From NCBI GenBank assembly GCA_964291285.2, contig OZ219787.1:2048001-2112000 (forward strand): DNA of 64,000 nucleotides, in the 5' to 3' direction. Both the position numbers and the translations under genes were made by a program. Source of the DNA: Alphaproteobacteria bacterium. GTDB taxonomy: Bacteria; Pseudomonadota; Alphaproteobacteria; Bin95. Positions 1 through 10,265 of the stretch are shown in pieces. Each line of letters starts with the position of its first letter. Position 1 is the stretch's first letter. The notes under the pieces were generated by a model. That model was not told where the DNA came from. It ran no database searches and saw only the letters and a list, made by a program, of their open reading frames with translations.

Positions 1-2245
1 CAAGCAGCCTCGGCGGAGACATCGGCAGTTCGTACATCCGCGTGCCGACCGCCTGGTCGATGGCGTTGGCGATCGCGGCCATGGGCGGGCAGATATTCAC
101 CTCGCCCACGCCCTTGACGCCGTAGGGGTGGCTCGGATTGGGGACCTCGACCAGCACCGCGTCGATCATCGGCAGGTCGGAGGCCACCGGCACCCGGTAG
201 TCGAGGAAACCCGCATTCTCCAGCCGGCCCTTGTCGTCGTAGATATATTCCTCGTTCAGCGCCCAGCCGATGCCCTGCACGACGCCGCCCTGGATCTGGC
301 CCTCGACATAGGAGGGATGGATCGCGCGGCCCACATCCTGCGCTGCGATGAAACGCAGCACCTGGACATGGCCGGTCTCGGGATCGACCTCGATATCGCA
401 GAACTGGCTGGAGAAGCCCGGAGCCTGGGCGCCGGCATTAGTGGTGCCGGCCGCGCCGATCGGCCCGCCCGTCAGTGCCCGCTTGGCCGCGAGTTCGCCG
501 ATGGTGAGCGGCTCGAAATCGCCGACATTGGCGCCGGCGGGATGGGCGGCGCCGTCCCGCCATTCCACGGCGTCCACATCGACATCCCAGATCATCGCGG
601 CGCGCTGGCGCAGGTCGTCGATCACCTTGTTGCAGGCCTGGTGGACGGCGATGCCGGTCGCGAAGGTCACGCGGCTACCGCCGGTGACATGCGTGTAGCC
701 GACCGACGCCGTGTCGGAGACGACGCAGCGCACCTTGTCGTAATCGACGCCGAAGGTCTCCGCCGCCATCAGCGCCATGCTCGCGCGCGAGCCGCCGACA
801 TCGACGCTGCCGCTGCCGACGATCACCGTGCCGTCGTCGTTGACATGGACGGTCGCGCTCGATTCGCCGCCGCCGTTGAACCAGAAGCCGGAGGCGACGC
901 CGCGGCCCTGGTTCGGGCCGATGGGCTTCTTGTAGTCGGGATGCGCCATGAGCGCTTCCAGCGTCTCGACATAGCCGTCATGGCTGAGCTTCGGCCCATA
1001 GACCATCTGGGTGCCCTGGCGGGCGGCGTTCTTCAGGCGGAATTCCACCGGGTCCATGCCGACCTTCTTGGCCAGCATGTCGAGCACGCTCTCGACCCCG
1101 AAGGCCGAGATCGGCGAGCCGGGCGCGCGGTAAGCCGCCGCCTTCGGGCGGTTGCACACCACATCGTAGCCGACCGTGCGCGCGTTCCCGATATCGTAAG
1201 GCGCAAACGCGCACATGCAGGCGTTCATCACCGGCGAGCCGGGGAAGGCGCCCGCCTGGAAGTTGAAGGTGGCGTCGGCGGCCGTGATCTTGCCGTCGCC
1301 GGTGCAGCCGATTTTGACGCTCATCGAGGCGCCGGAGGTCGGGCCGGTCGCCTTGAAGACCTCCTCGCGCGTCATCTGCATGCGCACGGGCTGGCTGCAT
1401 TTCCGCGAAAGCGCGGCCGCCAGCGGCTCCAGATAGACGATGGTCTTGCCGCCGAAGCCGCCGCCGATCTCCAGCGCCGTCGCGCGGATATCGCCGGGGC
1501 TGATGCCGAGCAGCTTGGCGGTCATGGCGCGGACCACGAAGTGGCCCTGGCTCGACGACCAGATCTCGCCCTGCCCGTCGGCGTCGAAGCGCGCCATGCA
1601 GGCATGGGTCTCGATATAGCCCTGGTGGACCGGCGCGGTCTTGAAGCTCTTCTCGACGATGTGGTCGGCGGCGGCAAAGCCCGCTTCGAGGTCGCCGATG
1701 CCGAACTCGAGCCGCTTCGAGATGTTGGACGGCTTTTCGGGAGCCGGCTCGACGCCGCGCGTGGTCATGTCCTCGAACAGAAGCGGCGCGTCCGGCTTCA
1801 TCGCCTCATCGACATCGATCACATGCGGCAGCACCTCGTAATCGACCTCGATGAGCGAGAGCGCCTCCTCGGCGACCGCGGCGCTCCCTGCGGCCACGGC
1901 CGCGACCGCATGGCCTTCATAGAGCACTTTCTCGCGCGCCATGATGTTGCGGGTGATGTGCCAGAAGTTCTGCGCCACCCGCTCCGGGCCGATATAGGCG
2001 AAGGGGTGGTCCGGAAAGTCGGCGGACGTGACCACCGCCCTGACGCCGGGCAGGGCCTCGGCTTTCGAGGTGTCGATGCCCCGGATGCGCGCATGGGCAT
2101 GGGGGCTGCGCAGCACCTTGCCGATCAGCTCGCCGGGCAGCCGGTAATCGGCGCCGTACTGGGCGCGGCCGGTGACTTTCGGCACGCCGTCCGGACGGAC
2201 GGGGCGGGTGCCAACCCACTTGAACTCTTTCGCTTCGGCGCTCAT
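1..2245 (-). CDS. Xanthine dehydrogenase/CoxL-family molybdopterin-binding large subunit (3' end runs off the window)
   Basis: Not in the ORF track because there is no stop in the window. Manual translation from the ATG at 2245 gives MSAEAKEFKWVGTRPVRPDGVPKVTGRAQYGADY..., an internal IGGGFGGK motif, and C-terminal HPYGVKGVGEVNICPPMAAIANAI. Confidence 0.9.
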   Translation of the reverse strand, partial: MSAEAKEFKWVGTRPVRPDGVPKVTGRAQYGADYRLPGELIGKVLRSPHAHARIRGIDTSKAEALPGVRAVVTSADFPDHPFAYIGPERVAQNFWHITRNIMAREKVLYEGHAVAAVAAGSAAVAEEALSLIEVDYEVLPHVIDVDEAMKPDAPLLFEDMTTRGVEPAPEKPSNISKRLEFGIGDLEAGFAAADHIVEKSFKTAPVHQGYIETHACMARFDADGQGEIWSSSQGHFVVRAMTAKLLGISPGDIRATALEIGGGFGGKTIVYLEPLAAALSRKCSQPVRMQMTREEVFKATGPTSGASMSVKIGCTGDGKITAADATFNFQAGAFPGSPVMNACMCAFAPYDIGNARTVGYDVVCNRPKAAAYRAPGSPISAFGVESVLDMLAKKVGMDPVEFRLKNAARQGTQMVYGPKLSHDGYVETLEALMAHPDYKKPIGPNQGRGVASGFWFNGGGESSATVHVNDDGTVIVGSGSVDVGGSRASMALMAAETFGVDYDKVRCVVSDTASVGYTHVTGGSRVTFATGIAVHQACNKVIDDLRQRAAMIWDVDVDAVEWRDGAAHPAGANVGDFEPLTIGELAAKRALTGGPIGAAGTTNAGAQAPGFSSQFCDIEVDPETGHVQVLRFIAAQDVGRAIHPSYVEGQIQGGVVQGIGWALNEEYIYDDKGRLENAGFLDYRVPVASDLPMIDAVLVEVPNPSHPYGVKGVGEVNICPPMAAIANAIDQAVGTRMYELPMSPPRLL

Positions 2246-2315
2246 CCACAGGGTCTCCAGAATCGGGGCGTAACGGTCCCGCCTATGCAAGCCCATCCGG
2301 CGGCCGCGCGCAAGT

Positions 2316-3263
2316 GTGCCGGCGCGCGCGGAGGGCAAGGGACTTGCCCCGGCCGGCGGTTTCGGCAAGCTGGCGGAAGGTGACCGTTTTCTTGCACCGG
2401 GGAGGCCGCCGGCGTTGCAGATCGTTCCGTTCGATGCCCCGCTTGGCGCAGAGATGCGCGGGCTGGACGCCTCGCAGCCGGTCGGCGCGGCGGATGCGGA
2501 TGCGCTCCGCCGCGCGCTGGACGAACATCTCGTGCTGCTCGCGCGCGGCCAGCGGCTGGACGACCCGGCGCTGATGGCCTTCTCCCGCGTCTTCGGCGAG
2601 TTGGACCCGCCGGGGCCGAATCCCTATGGCGCACCCTTCCTGCCGGAGTTCCCGGAGATCAACGTCATCTCCAATGTGGTCGAGAACGGCCGGCCCATCG
2701 GCAATCTGGGCGCGGGCGAGGCGGTCTGGCATGCGGACATGACCTATATCGAGAAGCCGCCGAAGGCCGCGCTCCTCCATGCGCTGGAGGCGCCGGAGGG
2801 CGAGGGCGACACCTATTTCGCCAACCAGTTCGCCGCGTGGGCGGCGCTTCCCGATGAGGACAAGGCCCGGATCGAGGGGCTCCGCTGCGTCCATGACAGC
2901 GCGCATAACAGCGCCGGCATGCTCCGCCGGGGCTACCGGGAAATCGAGGATGTGCGCGAGACGCCGGGCGCGCGCCAGCCGCTGGTGCGCACCGACCCGG
3001 CGACGGACAGGAAGGCGCTCTTCCTCGGCCGGCGGCCCCATGCCTGGGTCGTCGGGCTTGAGGTGGCGGAGAGCGATGCGCTGCTTGACCGCCTCTGGGC
3101 CCATGCCTCCGACTCGCGCTTCGTGTGGCGCCATCGCTGGCGGCCGGGCGACCTCTTGGTCTGGAACAATCTGGGCGTGCTGCACCGCCGCGACGCCTTC
3201 GACGCCAGGGCCCGCCGGATCATGCACCGCACCCAGATCCGGGGCGAGCGGGAGATCGCCTGA
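2316..3263 (+). CDS. TauD/TfdA-family Fe(II)/2-oxoglutarate dioxygenase
   Basis: WHADMTY (HxD), GDTYFAN, and HRWRPGDLLVWNN..VLHRR motifs. The true start is probably about 2415. Confidence 0.88.
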   Translation: MPARAEGKGLAPAGGFGKLAEGDRFLAPGRPPALQIVPFDAPLGAEMRGLDASQPVGAADADALRRALDEHLVLLARGQRLDDPALMAFSRVFGELDPPGPNPYGAPFLPEFPEINVISNVVENGRPIGNLGAGEAVWHADMTYIEKPPKAALLHALEAPEGEGDTYFANQFAAWAALPDEDKARIEGLRCVHDSAHNSAGMLRRGYREIEDVRETPGARQPLVRTDPATDRKALFLGRRPHAWVVGLEVAESDALLDRLWAHASDSRFVWRHRWRPGDLLVWNNLGVLHRRDAFDARARRIMHRTQIRGEREIA

Positions 3264-3267
3264 GGCC

Positions 3268-3960
3268 ATGAAACGCTTCTACGAGCAGGCGGAGGCGGTG
3301 CCGCTCGATGCAGGCGGCTACGGCGTCGCGCTGGACGGCCGCCGGGTGCGCACGCCGGCGGGCCGGCCCCTTGCCCTGCCGAGCCGGGCGCTGGCGGCGG
3401 CGGTCGCGGGCGAATGGTCCGAACAGGGTGACAGGGTCGAGCCTCGGACCATGGCGATGATGACGCTGTCGGCAACCGCGCTCGACCGGGTCGCGCCCCG
3501 CGCCGGCGAGGTCGCCGCCGAGATCGCGCACTACGGGGAGACGGACCTGCTCTGCTACCGCGATGCGCCCGGCGGCGAGCTTGCCCAGCGCCAGAATGCG
3601 GCCTGGCAGCCGGTACTGGACTGGCTGGCCGAAGCCCATGGCGCACGTCTCAGGACGGTGGCGGGCGTGATGCCGGCCGCGCAGGAGAAGGGCGCGCTCG
3701 AAGCGCTCCGGCGCGCGGTGGACGCCCACGAGCCGTTCCGCCTGGCGGCGCTGCACACGGCCGTTGCCGCCACCGGCTCCGCGGCGCTCGGCATGGCGCT
3801 CCTCGGCGGCCGGCTGAACGCCTGCCAGGCATGGCGCTGCGCGCGCCTCGACGATGAGTGGCAGGCGGAGCGCTGGGGCGAGGAGGAGGACGCGCGCAGG
3901 CGGGGCGCGGCGCTGTGGGACGAACTCGCCGCCGTCGAGCGCTTCGCGGCGCTGCTATAG
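3268..3960 (+). CDS. ATP12-family F1-ATPase assembly chaperone
   Basis: MKRFYEQA..VALDGRRVRTPAG..ETDLLCYR..LDDEWQAERWGEEE; ATG at 3268 within track ORF 2779..3960. Confidence 0.9.
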   Translation: MKRFYEQAEAVPLDAGGYGVALDGRRVRTPAGRPLALPSRALAAAVAGEWSEQGDRVEPRTMAMMTLSATALDRVAPRAGEVAAEIAHYGETDLLCYRDAPGGELAQRQNAAWQPVLDWLAEAHGARLRTVAGVMPAAQEKGALEALRRAVDAHEPFRLAALHTAVAATGSAALGMALLGGRLNACQAWRCARLDDEWQAERWGEEEDARRRGAALWDELAAVERFAALL

Positions 3961-3978
3961 ACAGGGAGACCCGAGGCC

Positions 3979-5511
3979 ATGAACGATATCGTGGACATGC
4001 TGGAAGCCAAGCGCGCCCAGGCCCGCCTCGGCGGCGGCGAGAAGCGCATCGAGGCGCAGCACCGGCGCGGCAAGCTGACCGCGCGCGAGCGGCTGGACGT
4101 GCTGCTCGACGAGGGCTCCTTCGAGGAATACGACATGTTCGTGGAGCACCGCTGCGCCGATTTCGGCATGGAGGCGCAGCGCATTCCGGGCGACGGCGTG
4201 GTCACCGGCCACGGCACCGTCAACGGGCGGCTCGTCTTCGTCTTCAGCCAGGACTTCACCGTGTTCGGCGGTTCGCTGTCCGAGGCGCACGCCGAAAAGA
4301 TCTGCAAGGTGATGGACCGGGCGATGAAGGTCGGCGCGCCGGTCGTCGGCCTCAATGATTCGGGCGGCGCGCGCATCCAGGAGGGCGTGGCCTCGCTCGG
4401 CGGCTATGCCGAGGTGTTCCAGCGCAATGTGCTGGCCTCGGGCGTCGTGCCGCAGGTCTCGGTCATCATGGGGCCCTGCGCGGGCGGGGCGGTCTATTCC
4501 CCGGCGATGACCGACTTCATCTTCATGGTGGAGGACACCTCCTTCATGTATGTCACCGGCCCGGACGTGGTGCGCACCGTGACCCACGAGACGGTGACCC
4601 ATGAGGAGCTCGGCGGGGCGCGCACCCACGCCAGGCGCTCCGGCGTCGCCGACCTTGCGCTCGACAACGACATCGAGGCGCTGATGCAGGTCCGGCGGTT
4701 CCTGGGCTTCCTGCCCTCCTCGAACCGCGAGGCGCCGCCGCTGCGCCCCACCGAAGATCCCGTCGACCGCCAGGAGCCGTCGCTCGACAGCCTGGTGCCG
4801 GACAACCCGAACAAGCCCTACGACATCAAGGAACTGATCCGGAAGACGGCGGATGAGGGCGTCTTCTTCGAGCTCCAGCCGGACTGGGCGGCCAACATCG
4901 TCATCGGCTTCGCCCGCTATGGCGGCCAGCCGGTCGGGGTCGTCGCCAACCAGCCCATGGTGCTGGCCGGCTGCCTCGACATCGACAGCGCGCGCAAGGG
5001 CGGGCGGTTCGTGCGATTCTGCGACGCCTTCAACCTGCCGATCGTCACCTTCGTCGATGTGCCGGGCTTCCTTCCGGGCACCGTCCAGGAATATGGCGGC
5101 ATCATCAAGCATGGCGCGAAGCTGCTGTTCGCCTACGCCGAGGCGACGGTGCCGAAGGTCACGCTCATCACCCGCAAGGCCTATGGCGGGGCCTATGACG
5201 TGATGAGCTCGAAGCATCTGCGCGGCGACGTGAACTATGCCTGGCCGCAGGCGGAAATCGCCGTGATGGGCGCCAAGGGCGCGGTCGAGATCATCTTCCG
5301 TCAGGATATCGGCGATGAGGAGAAGATCGCCGGGCGAACGGCGGAGTATGCCCGGAAGTTCGCCAACCCCTTCATCGCCTCGGCGCGCGGCTATATCGAC
5401 GACGTGATCCGCCCCCGCAACACCCGCTTCCGCATCTGCCGGTCGCTGGAGGTGCTGCGCAACAAGCGGTTGGAAAATCCCTGGAAGAAGCACGACAATA
5501 TCCCGCTTTAG
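3979..5511 (+). CDS. pccB: Propionyl-CoA carboxylase beta subunit (carboxyltransferase)
   Basis: [34 protein letters not shown], and C-terminal [10 protein letters not shown]. Confidence 0.95.
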   Translation: MNDIVDMLEAKRAQARLGGGEKRIEAQHRRGKLTARERLDVLLDEGSFEEYDMFVEHRCADFGMEAQRIPGDGVVTGHGTVNGRLVFVFSQDFTVFGGSLSEAHAEKICKVMDRAMKVGAPVVGLNDSGGARIQEGVASLGGYAEVFQRNVLASGVVPQVSVIMGPCAGGAVYSPAMTDFIFMVEDTSFMYVTGPDVVRTVTHETVTHEELGGARTHARRSGVADLALDNDIEALMQVRRFLGFLPSSNREAPPLRPTEDPVDRQEPSLDSLVPDNPNKPYDIKELIRKTADEGVFFELQPDWAANIVIGFARYGGQPVGVVANQPMVLAGCLDIDSARKGGRFVRFCDAFNLPIVTFVDVPGFLPGTVQEYGGIIKHGAKLLFAYAEATVPKVTLITRKAYGGAYDVMSSKHLRGDVNYAWPQAEIAVMGAKGAVEIIFRQDIGDEEKIAGRTAEYARKFANPFIASARGYIDDVIRPRNTRFRICRSLEVLRNKRLENPWKKHDNIPL

Positions 5512-5534
5512 GGCGCTTGAGGGGAACGGCACCG

Positions 5535-7073
5535 ATGTACTTCGAGACCTTCGACTGGATCGCGCATAACGCCTCGCGGCGGCCGGAAAAGACCGCGCTG
5601 GTCGATCTCGCGAGCGGCCGGAGCATCGACTATGCGCTGATGGACAGGCGGGTCGGGAGTCTTGCGGGCTTCATGCGCAGCCGCCTTGGAATCGAGCCCG
5701 GCGACCGCGTGGCCCTGCTGGCGGAGAATTCCAGCGACTATCTGGAAATCCAGTTCGCCTGCTTCCGCATCGGCGCGGTGTTCGTGCCGCTCAACTGGCG
5801 GCTGACCGTGCCGGAGCTCTCCTACATCGTGGGCGACGCCGGGCCGAAGGCGATGGTCCACGACCGGGACTTCGCGGAAACGGCCGCGGCCGTGCAGGCC
5901 GAGACCGGCTTCCGGCACCGGCTGGAGACCGCCGCCGACGGCAGCCCGTCCGACTATGAGGCGGCGATTGCGGAGGGGCCCTGCGTGGCGGAGATGGTCC
6001 CGCAGCAGATGTCGGACCTCTCGACCATCATGTACACCTCCGGCACGACCGGCCTGCCCAAGGGCGCGCGCATCACCCACGGCATGACCTTCATCAACAC
6101 GGTGAATATCGGCATGCCGCACCGGGTCACGTCCGATTCGGTGACGCTCACCGTGTTGCCGCTGTTCCACACGGGCGGGCTGAACGCCTACGCCAATCCC
6201 GTGCTGCATGCGGGCGGCACGGCGCTGGTCGCCCGGCGCTTCGACCCCGAGGAATGTCTCGCCCTGCTCGCGGACCCGGCGGTCGGCGTCACCAATTTCC
6301 TCGGCGTGCCGGCCAACTTCCAGTTCATGGCGCAGCTTCCCACCTTCGAGGAGGCGGATTTCAGCCATGTGTCGGTGTTCGGCGTCGGTGCGGCGCCCAC
6401 GCCGCATGCGCTGATCGAGATCTGGGCGGCGCGGAACGCGCCGCTCGCCCAGGCCTACGGGATGACCGAGACCGCGCCGCTGGTGATGGCGCTCGATCCC
6501 GTGGACGCCACGCGCAAGATCGGCTCGGCCGGCAAGCCCGTGCTCTACACCCGCACGCGGGTGATAACCGAGGACGGCCGCCCGGCCGCACCGGGCGAGA
6601 CGGGCGAACTGCAGGTTGCGGGGCCGAATGTGACGCCCGGCTACTGGAACAAGCCGAAGGAAACGGCGGACTCGTTCGACGGGGAATGGCTGAAGACCGG
6701 CGACGCCGTCTGGGTCGATGACGAGGGCTACTACTACATCGTGGACCGCTGGAAGGACATGTACATCTCAGGCGGCGAGAACGTCTATCCGGCGGAGGTG
6801 GAAAACGTGCTCTACCGGCTGGACGGTATCGGGGAAGCCGCCGTGATCGGCATGCCGGACGAGCGCTGGGGCGAGGTCGGCTGCGCGGTGGTCGTCCGCC
6901 GCGAGGGCGCGGCTCTGGAGGCGCAGGACGTGCTCGACCACTGCACGGGCCAGCTCGCCCGCTTCAAGCTGCCGCGCCGGGTCCTGTTCACCGGCGCGCT
7001 CCCCCGCAACGCCACCGGCAAGGTGCTGAAACACGAAATCCGCCGCATGCTGGCGGAGGGGGAATTGGGATAA
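5535..7073 (+). CDS. AMP-binding acyl-CoA synthetase (FadD/MenE-like)
   Basis: YTSGTTGLPKG, AYGMTET, DRWKDMYISGGENVYPAEVE, and LPRNATGKVLK motifs. Confidence 0.92.
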   Translation: MYFETFDWIAHNASRRPEKTALVDLASGRSIDYALMDRRVGSLAGFMRSRLGIEPGDRVALLAENSSDYLEIQFACFRIGAVFVPLNWRLTVPELSYIVGDAGPKAMVHDRDFAETAAAVQAETGFRHRLETAADGSPSDYEAAIAEGPCVAEMVPQQMSDLSTIMYTSGTTGLPKGARITHGMTFINTVNIGMPHRVTSDSVTLTVLPLFHTGGLNAYANPVLHAGGTALVARRFDPEECLALLADPAVGVTNFLGVPANFQFMAQLPTFEEADFSHVSVFGVGAAPTPHALIEIWAARNAPLAQAYGMTETAPLVMALDPVDATRKIGSAGKPVLYTRTRVITEDGRPAAPGETGELQVAGPNVTPGYWNKPKETADSFDGEWLKTGDAVWVDDEGYYYIVDRWKDMYISGGENVYPAEVENVLYRLDGIGEAAVIGMPDERWGEVGCAVVVRREGAALEAQDVLDHCTGQLARFKLPRRVLFTGALPRNATGKVLKHEIRRMLAEGELG

Positions 7074-7090
7074 ATCGGCGTGGCGTCCGC

Positions 7091-8038
7091 CTATCCCTTC
7101 GGCGCCTTTTCCTGAGCCGCTGCGTCCCATTCGAATTTCGATGCCCGGGCAAGCCGTTCTATGTCCACCACGCCGGTAAGGCGGCGGCCCTCGACGAGCC
7201 ATGTCGGATAGCGCCGGATGTCCTGAATCGTGCAGGCGGCCGTGAGAGGTCCGTTCGGCCCTGAGGGCGCGCATTCGGTATAGGGCAGGCGCTTGGCGGA
7301 GGCGGTGAAGAGCGCCTTCTGCTCCTGGCAGGCACGGCACCAGTAGGCGCCGTAGAAGCGTGCGCCGCTGTCCTGCAGGTGGGTCGCGAGCGCCTTGAGA
7401 TAGGGGTCCTCCGGGCCGGCGGCGGGATCGAATACCCCCTCGAAATGCAGGTGGAGGCCGAGGACCAGCGCGATGGCGGCCCCGACCGGGAACGGCAGGA
7501 CCCTGCGCCACCCCTGTTCGGGAGTCCGCGCAGGGCGGCGCAGGACGACAAGCAGGAGCAGCAGGTTCATCAGCACGAAGGATGCGAGGCAATATTCGCA
7601 GACCGCCCTGATCTCGAAGACCGACACCAGGGTCAGGAACCAGCTCACGCCGGCGCCGATGCACGCGAAGAGCAGCATGGCGCCCCAGGCCGACGGGCGG
7701 GAGCGCAGCCGCCACGCCAGGCCGGCAAGAAGCGCGTAGGTGAGCAGACCCCAGAGCGCCATCGGCAGGCCGAGCAGGGTGGACCACCGGCTCGACTGCA
7801 CGATGTCGCACCCGGAGTCCGCACCGCACCAGGCCGGGTGCTCGCCGAACCAGGCGGTCAGCGTCAGGTAGCCGGTGAGCAGCACGCCGAGACCCGCGAG
7901 GCCGAGGAGCCAGCTGTCGAGGGAATGCTTCGCGTGCGCCGGCGCTCCGGAGCCGGCGGGGGCCCGCTTCGGGGCAGGCGCGCCCGCAGTGCGGCCGCGG
8001 CGGGCGCTGGAGCTCGGTCGTTTGCGCTTTCTGGGCAT
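7091..8038 (-). CDS. Vitamin K epoxide reductase (VKOR) domain fused to a thioredoxin-like domain
   Basis: Loop cysteines CGADSGCDIVQSSRW, TM helices, CEYCLAS active site, then FYGAYWCRACQEQK and ..YPTW thioredoxin motifs. Confidence 0.88.
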   Translation of the reverse strand: MPRKRKRPSSSARRGRTAGAPAPKRAPAGSGAPAHAKHSLDSWLLGLAGLGVLLTGYLTLTAWFGEHPAWCGADSGCDIVQSSRWSTLLGLPMALWGLLTYALLAGLAWRLRSRPSAWGAMLLFACIGAGVSWFLTLVSVFEIRAVCEYCLASFVLMNLLLLLVVLRRPARTPEQGWRRVLPFPVGAAIALVLGLHLHFEGVFDPAAGPEDPYLKALATHLQDSGARFYGAYWCRACQEQKALFTASAKRLPYTECAPSGPNGPLTAACTIQDIRRYPTWLVEGRRLTGVVDIERLARASKFEWDAAAQEKAPKG

Positions 8039-8197
8039 CGGGCATCCGTTCCGGATATCGGTTCGTTCCGACCCTCGCGAGGAGGGTTTTCGGGGAAGCA
8101 TATTATGGAAACGCCCGTAGTGGCTTCGATACGATCTTACGGATTGGCAATGTCGTTGGCGCTCGACCCGTCCGGCGGGGAAGGGACCGGAGGGTCT

Positions 8198-9202
8198 TCA
8201 GCCCGGTCCCGGCGCCGAGGGGGCCGGAGAGCGGCGGCGGGCGCTTCCGTCGGCAAGCTTCCGTTCGCGCCAGTAGACATAGATGCCGGAGCCGGCGATG
8301 AGCGTGCAGCCGAGCAGCACCCAATGGTCGGGCAGATGGTCGAACACGAGCCAGCCGAGCAGGATGGCGGAGGGCAGCGCGACATATTCGAAGGGCGCCA
8401 GCGTGGCCGCGTCGGCCAGCCTGTAGGCCTGGGTCAGCGAATAGGCGATGAAGCCGGAGAGGCCGCCCAGCAGCACGAACAGCAGCCAGTGTTCCGGCGT
8501 CGGCCATACCCAGGCGCGGAACAGGAACAGCCATGTCCTGTTCTCCATGCCCTCGGCGAAGCGCCCGTCGCCGGCGACGGCGAAGAAGCCGAGGCTGACG
8601 GTAATGAACATGACCTGGATATAGGCCGCCATGGCCGAGGCCGGGGCGCTCGCCCGGAGCTTCCGCGTCAGGATCTGCATGGTGGCGTAGGCCAGCGCCG
8701 CCGCCATCGGCAGCAGCAGGGTCCACCGGTCCGCGGCGTGTTCGAGTTCGCCGGTTCCGGGCCGGAGCATGACCAGCACGCCGAGGAACCCGACCAGCAC
8801 GGCGGAGAGCCGCCGGATGCCGACCTTCTCGCCGAGGAAGGGAACGGACAACAGCGTGATGAGCAGCGGAGCGACGAAGAAGAGCGCCGTCACGTCGGCC
8901 AGCGGCGCCGACGCCAGCGCGCCGAAGAAGGCGAGATTCGCCAGGACCATGCAGAGGCCGCGCGCAATGTGGGCGGCGGGGCGCCCGGTGCGCAGCGCCC
9001 TCAAGCCCCCCTCGAAACGCAGCACGGCGAGGCTGAACAGCAGCGCCACCAACGCGCGCACGAACACGATCTCGTGCAGCGGGTAGCGGTCCGACATCGC
9101 CTTGACGATGGAATCGTTGATGGTGATGACCACCATGCCGAGGCAGATCATGGCGATGCCCAGGCGGGGATCGTTCGCCGGTCGAAACGCTCTGCCAGCC
9201 AT
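8198..9202 (-). CDS. DMT/EamA-family transporter
   Basis: About 10 TM segments; FLGEKVGIRR and AYRLADAATLAPFEY motifs. Confidence 0.88.
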   Translation of the reverse strand: MAGRAFRPANDPRLGIAMICLGMVVITINDSIVKAMSDRYPLHEIVFVRALVALLFSLAVLRFEGGLRALRTGRPAAHIARGLCMVLANLAFFGALASAPLADVTALFFVAPLLITLLSVPFLGEKVGIRRLSAVLVGFLGVLVMLRPGTGELEHAADRWTLLLPMAAALAYATMQILTRKLRASAPASAMAAYIQVMFITVSLGFFAVAGDGRFAEGMENRTWLFLFRAWVWPTPEHWLLFVLLGGLSGFIAYSLTQAYRLADAATLAPFEYVALPSAILLGWLVFDHLPDHWVLLGCTLIAGSGIYVYWRERKLADGSARRRSPAPSAPGPG

Positions 9203-9323
9203 CGGCGGGAAACCCTCGAACCCCGGACGGAACGCTGCCGCCCGGTCGCGGGAATCATACGGATATCCGGCCGCGCCCGGCAACGGAGAAGTTCGGCGCC
9301 GCTGGCGGCGCGGACGCCGTCCG

Positions 9324-10265
9324 TCAGTCGATATGCAGCACGGCCTTGCCGGGGAAGCGGCGCTCGATCAGGTCGTCGGCAGTGCGCGCGACCTCGCTCC
9401 AGGACGCCTCGCGCTCGATGGCGGTGTCGAGACGGCCCTGCGCCACGAGGCCGAGCAGGCGGGCGAGATGGTCGCGCGGCGGGGCGATCTCGCTCTTGTA
9501 GTAGAGATGGAAGCCGAGGATGCGCGCAAGGCCGCGGGTCATGAAATCCCCGATCGCGACGGAGATCGCGGGCGCGGCGGTGACGCCGTAACAGACCGCG
9601 AGCCCCTCGGGGCCGAGCGCGCGCACGCCGGCCTCGAGGATCGGCCCGGCGACGCTGTCCACCACCAGCCGGTAGGGGCCGGCCGCCTCGATGCCGCTGC
9701 CGTCCGGGCTCACGATGAGCCTGCCGAGGCCCACCCGGTCGGCGAAGGCGCGCTGGTCCTCGCGCCGGATCTGGCTCAGCACCTCCGCCCCGCCGATGCG
9801 CGCGAGCTGGGCCGCGAACAGCCCGACGCCGCCCGTAGCCCCGGTGACCAGCACGCGCGCGCCGATCAGGCAGTCGCCCGCATCGATGGAGTGCAGCGCC
9901 GTCAGGCCCGCGACGGGCAGCGTCGCCGCCGCGGCGTCGCTCACCCCGTCCGGTATCGGGCAGAGATAGCTACCAAGGATCGGCGCGCGTTCGGCCCAGC
10001 CTTCCATGCGCGGCGAGAAGCCCACGACGCGCGCGCCCTCCGGCGGGCTGGAGCCGTCGGCCGCGGCCTTCTCGACGGTGCCCGCAATGTCCCAGCCGAT
10101 GCGGATCGCGCGCTCCGCGCGCTCCGCCCGCCTCACCTCGCCGCGATTGAGCGAGAAGGCGGAGACGCGCACCAGCGCCTCGTTGGAGAAGGGCGGTCGC
10201 TCCTCGACTTCTGCGACTTCAAGCCGGTCCGGGCTTCCGGGAACGGCGCGGACGGCGCGGATCAT
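9324..10265 (-). CDS. Zinc-binding/MDR-family oxidoreductase
   Basis: SLNRGEV, VLVTGATGGVG, and GKAVL motifs; start at MIRAVRAV overlaps the upstream stop. Confidence 0.85.
   Translation of the reverse strand: MIRAVRAVPGSPDRLEVAEVEERPPFSNEALVRVSAFSLNRGEVRRAERAERAIRIGWDIAGTVEKAAADGSSPPEGARVVGFSPRMEGWAERAPILGSYLCPIPDGVSDAAAATLPVAGLTALHSIDAGDCLIGARVLVTGATGGVGLFAAQLARIGGAEVLSQIRREDQRAFADRVGLGRLIVSPDGSGIEAAGPYRLVVDSVAGPILEAGVRALGPEGLAVCYGVTAAPAISVAIGDFMTRGLARILGFHLYYKSEIAPPRDHLARLLGLVAQGRLDTAIEREASWSEVARTADDLIERRFPGKAVLHID

Noticed and set aside
128-2383. 751-aa + strand ORF
   Set aside because: Antisense shadow of the minus-strand molybdopterin enzyme; His/Arg/Asp-rich with no motifs.
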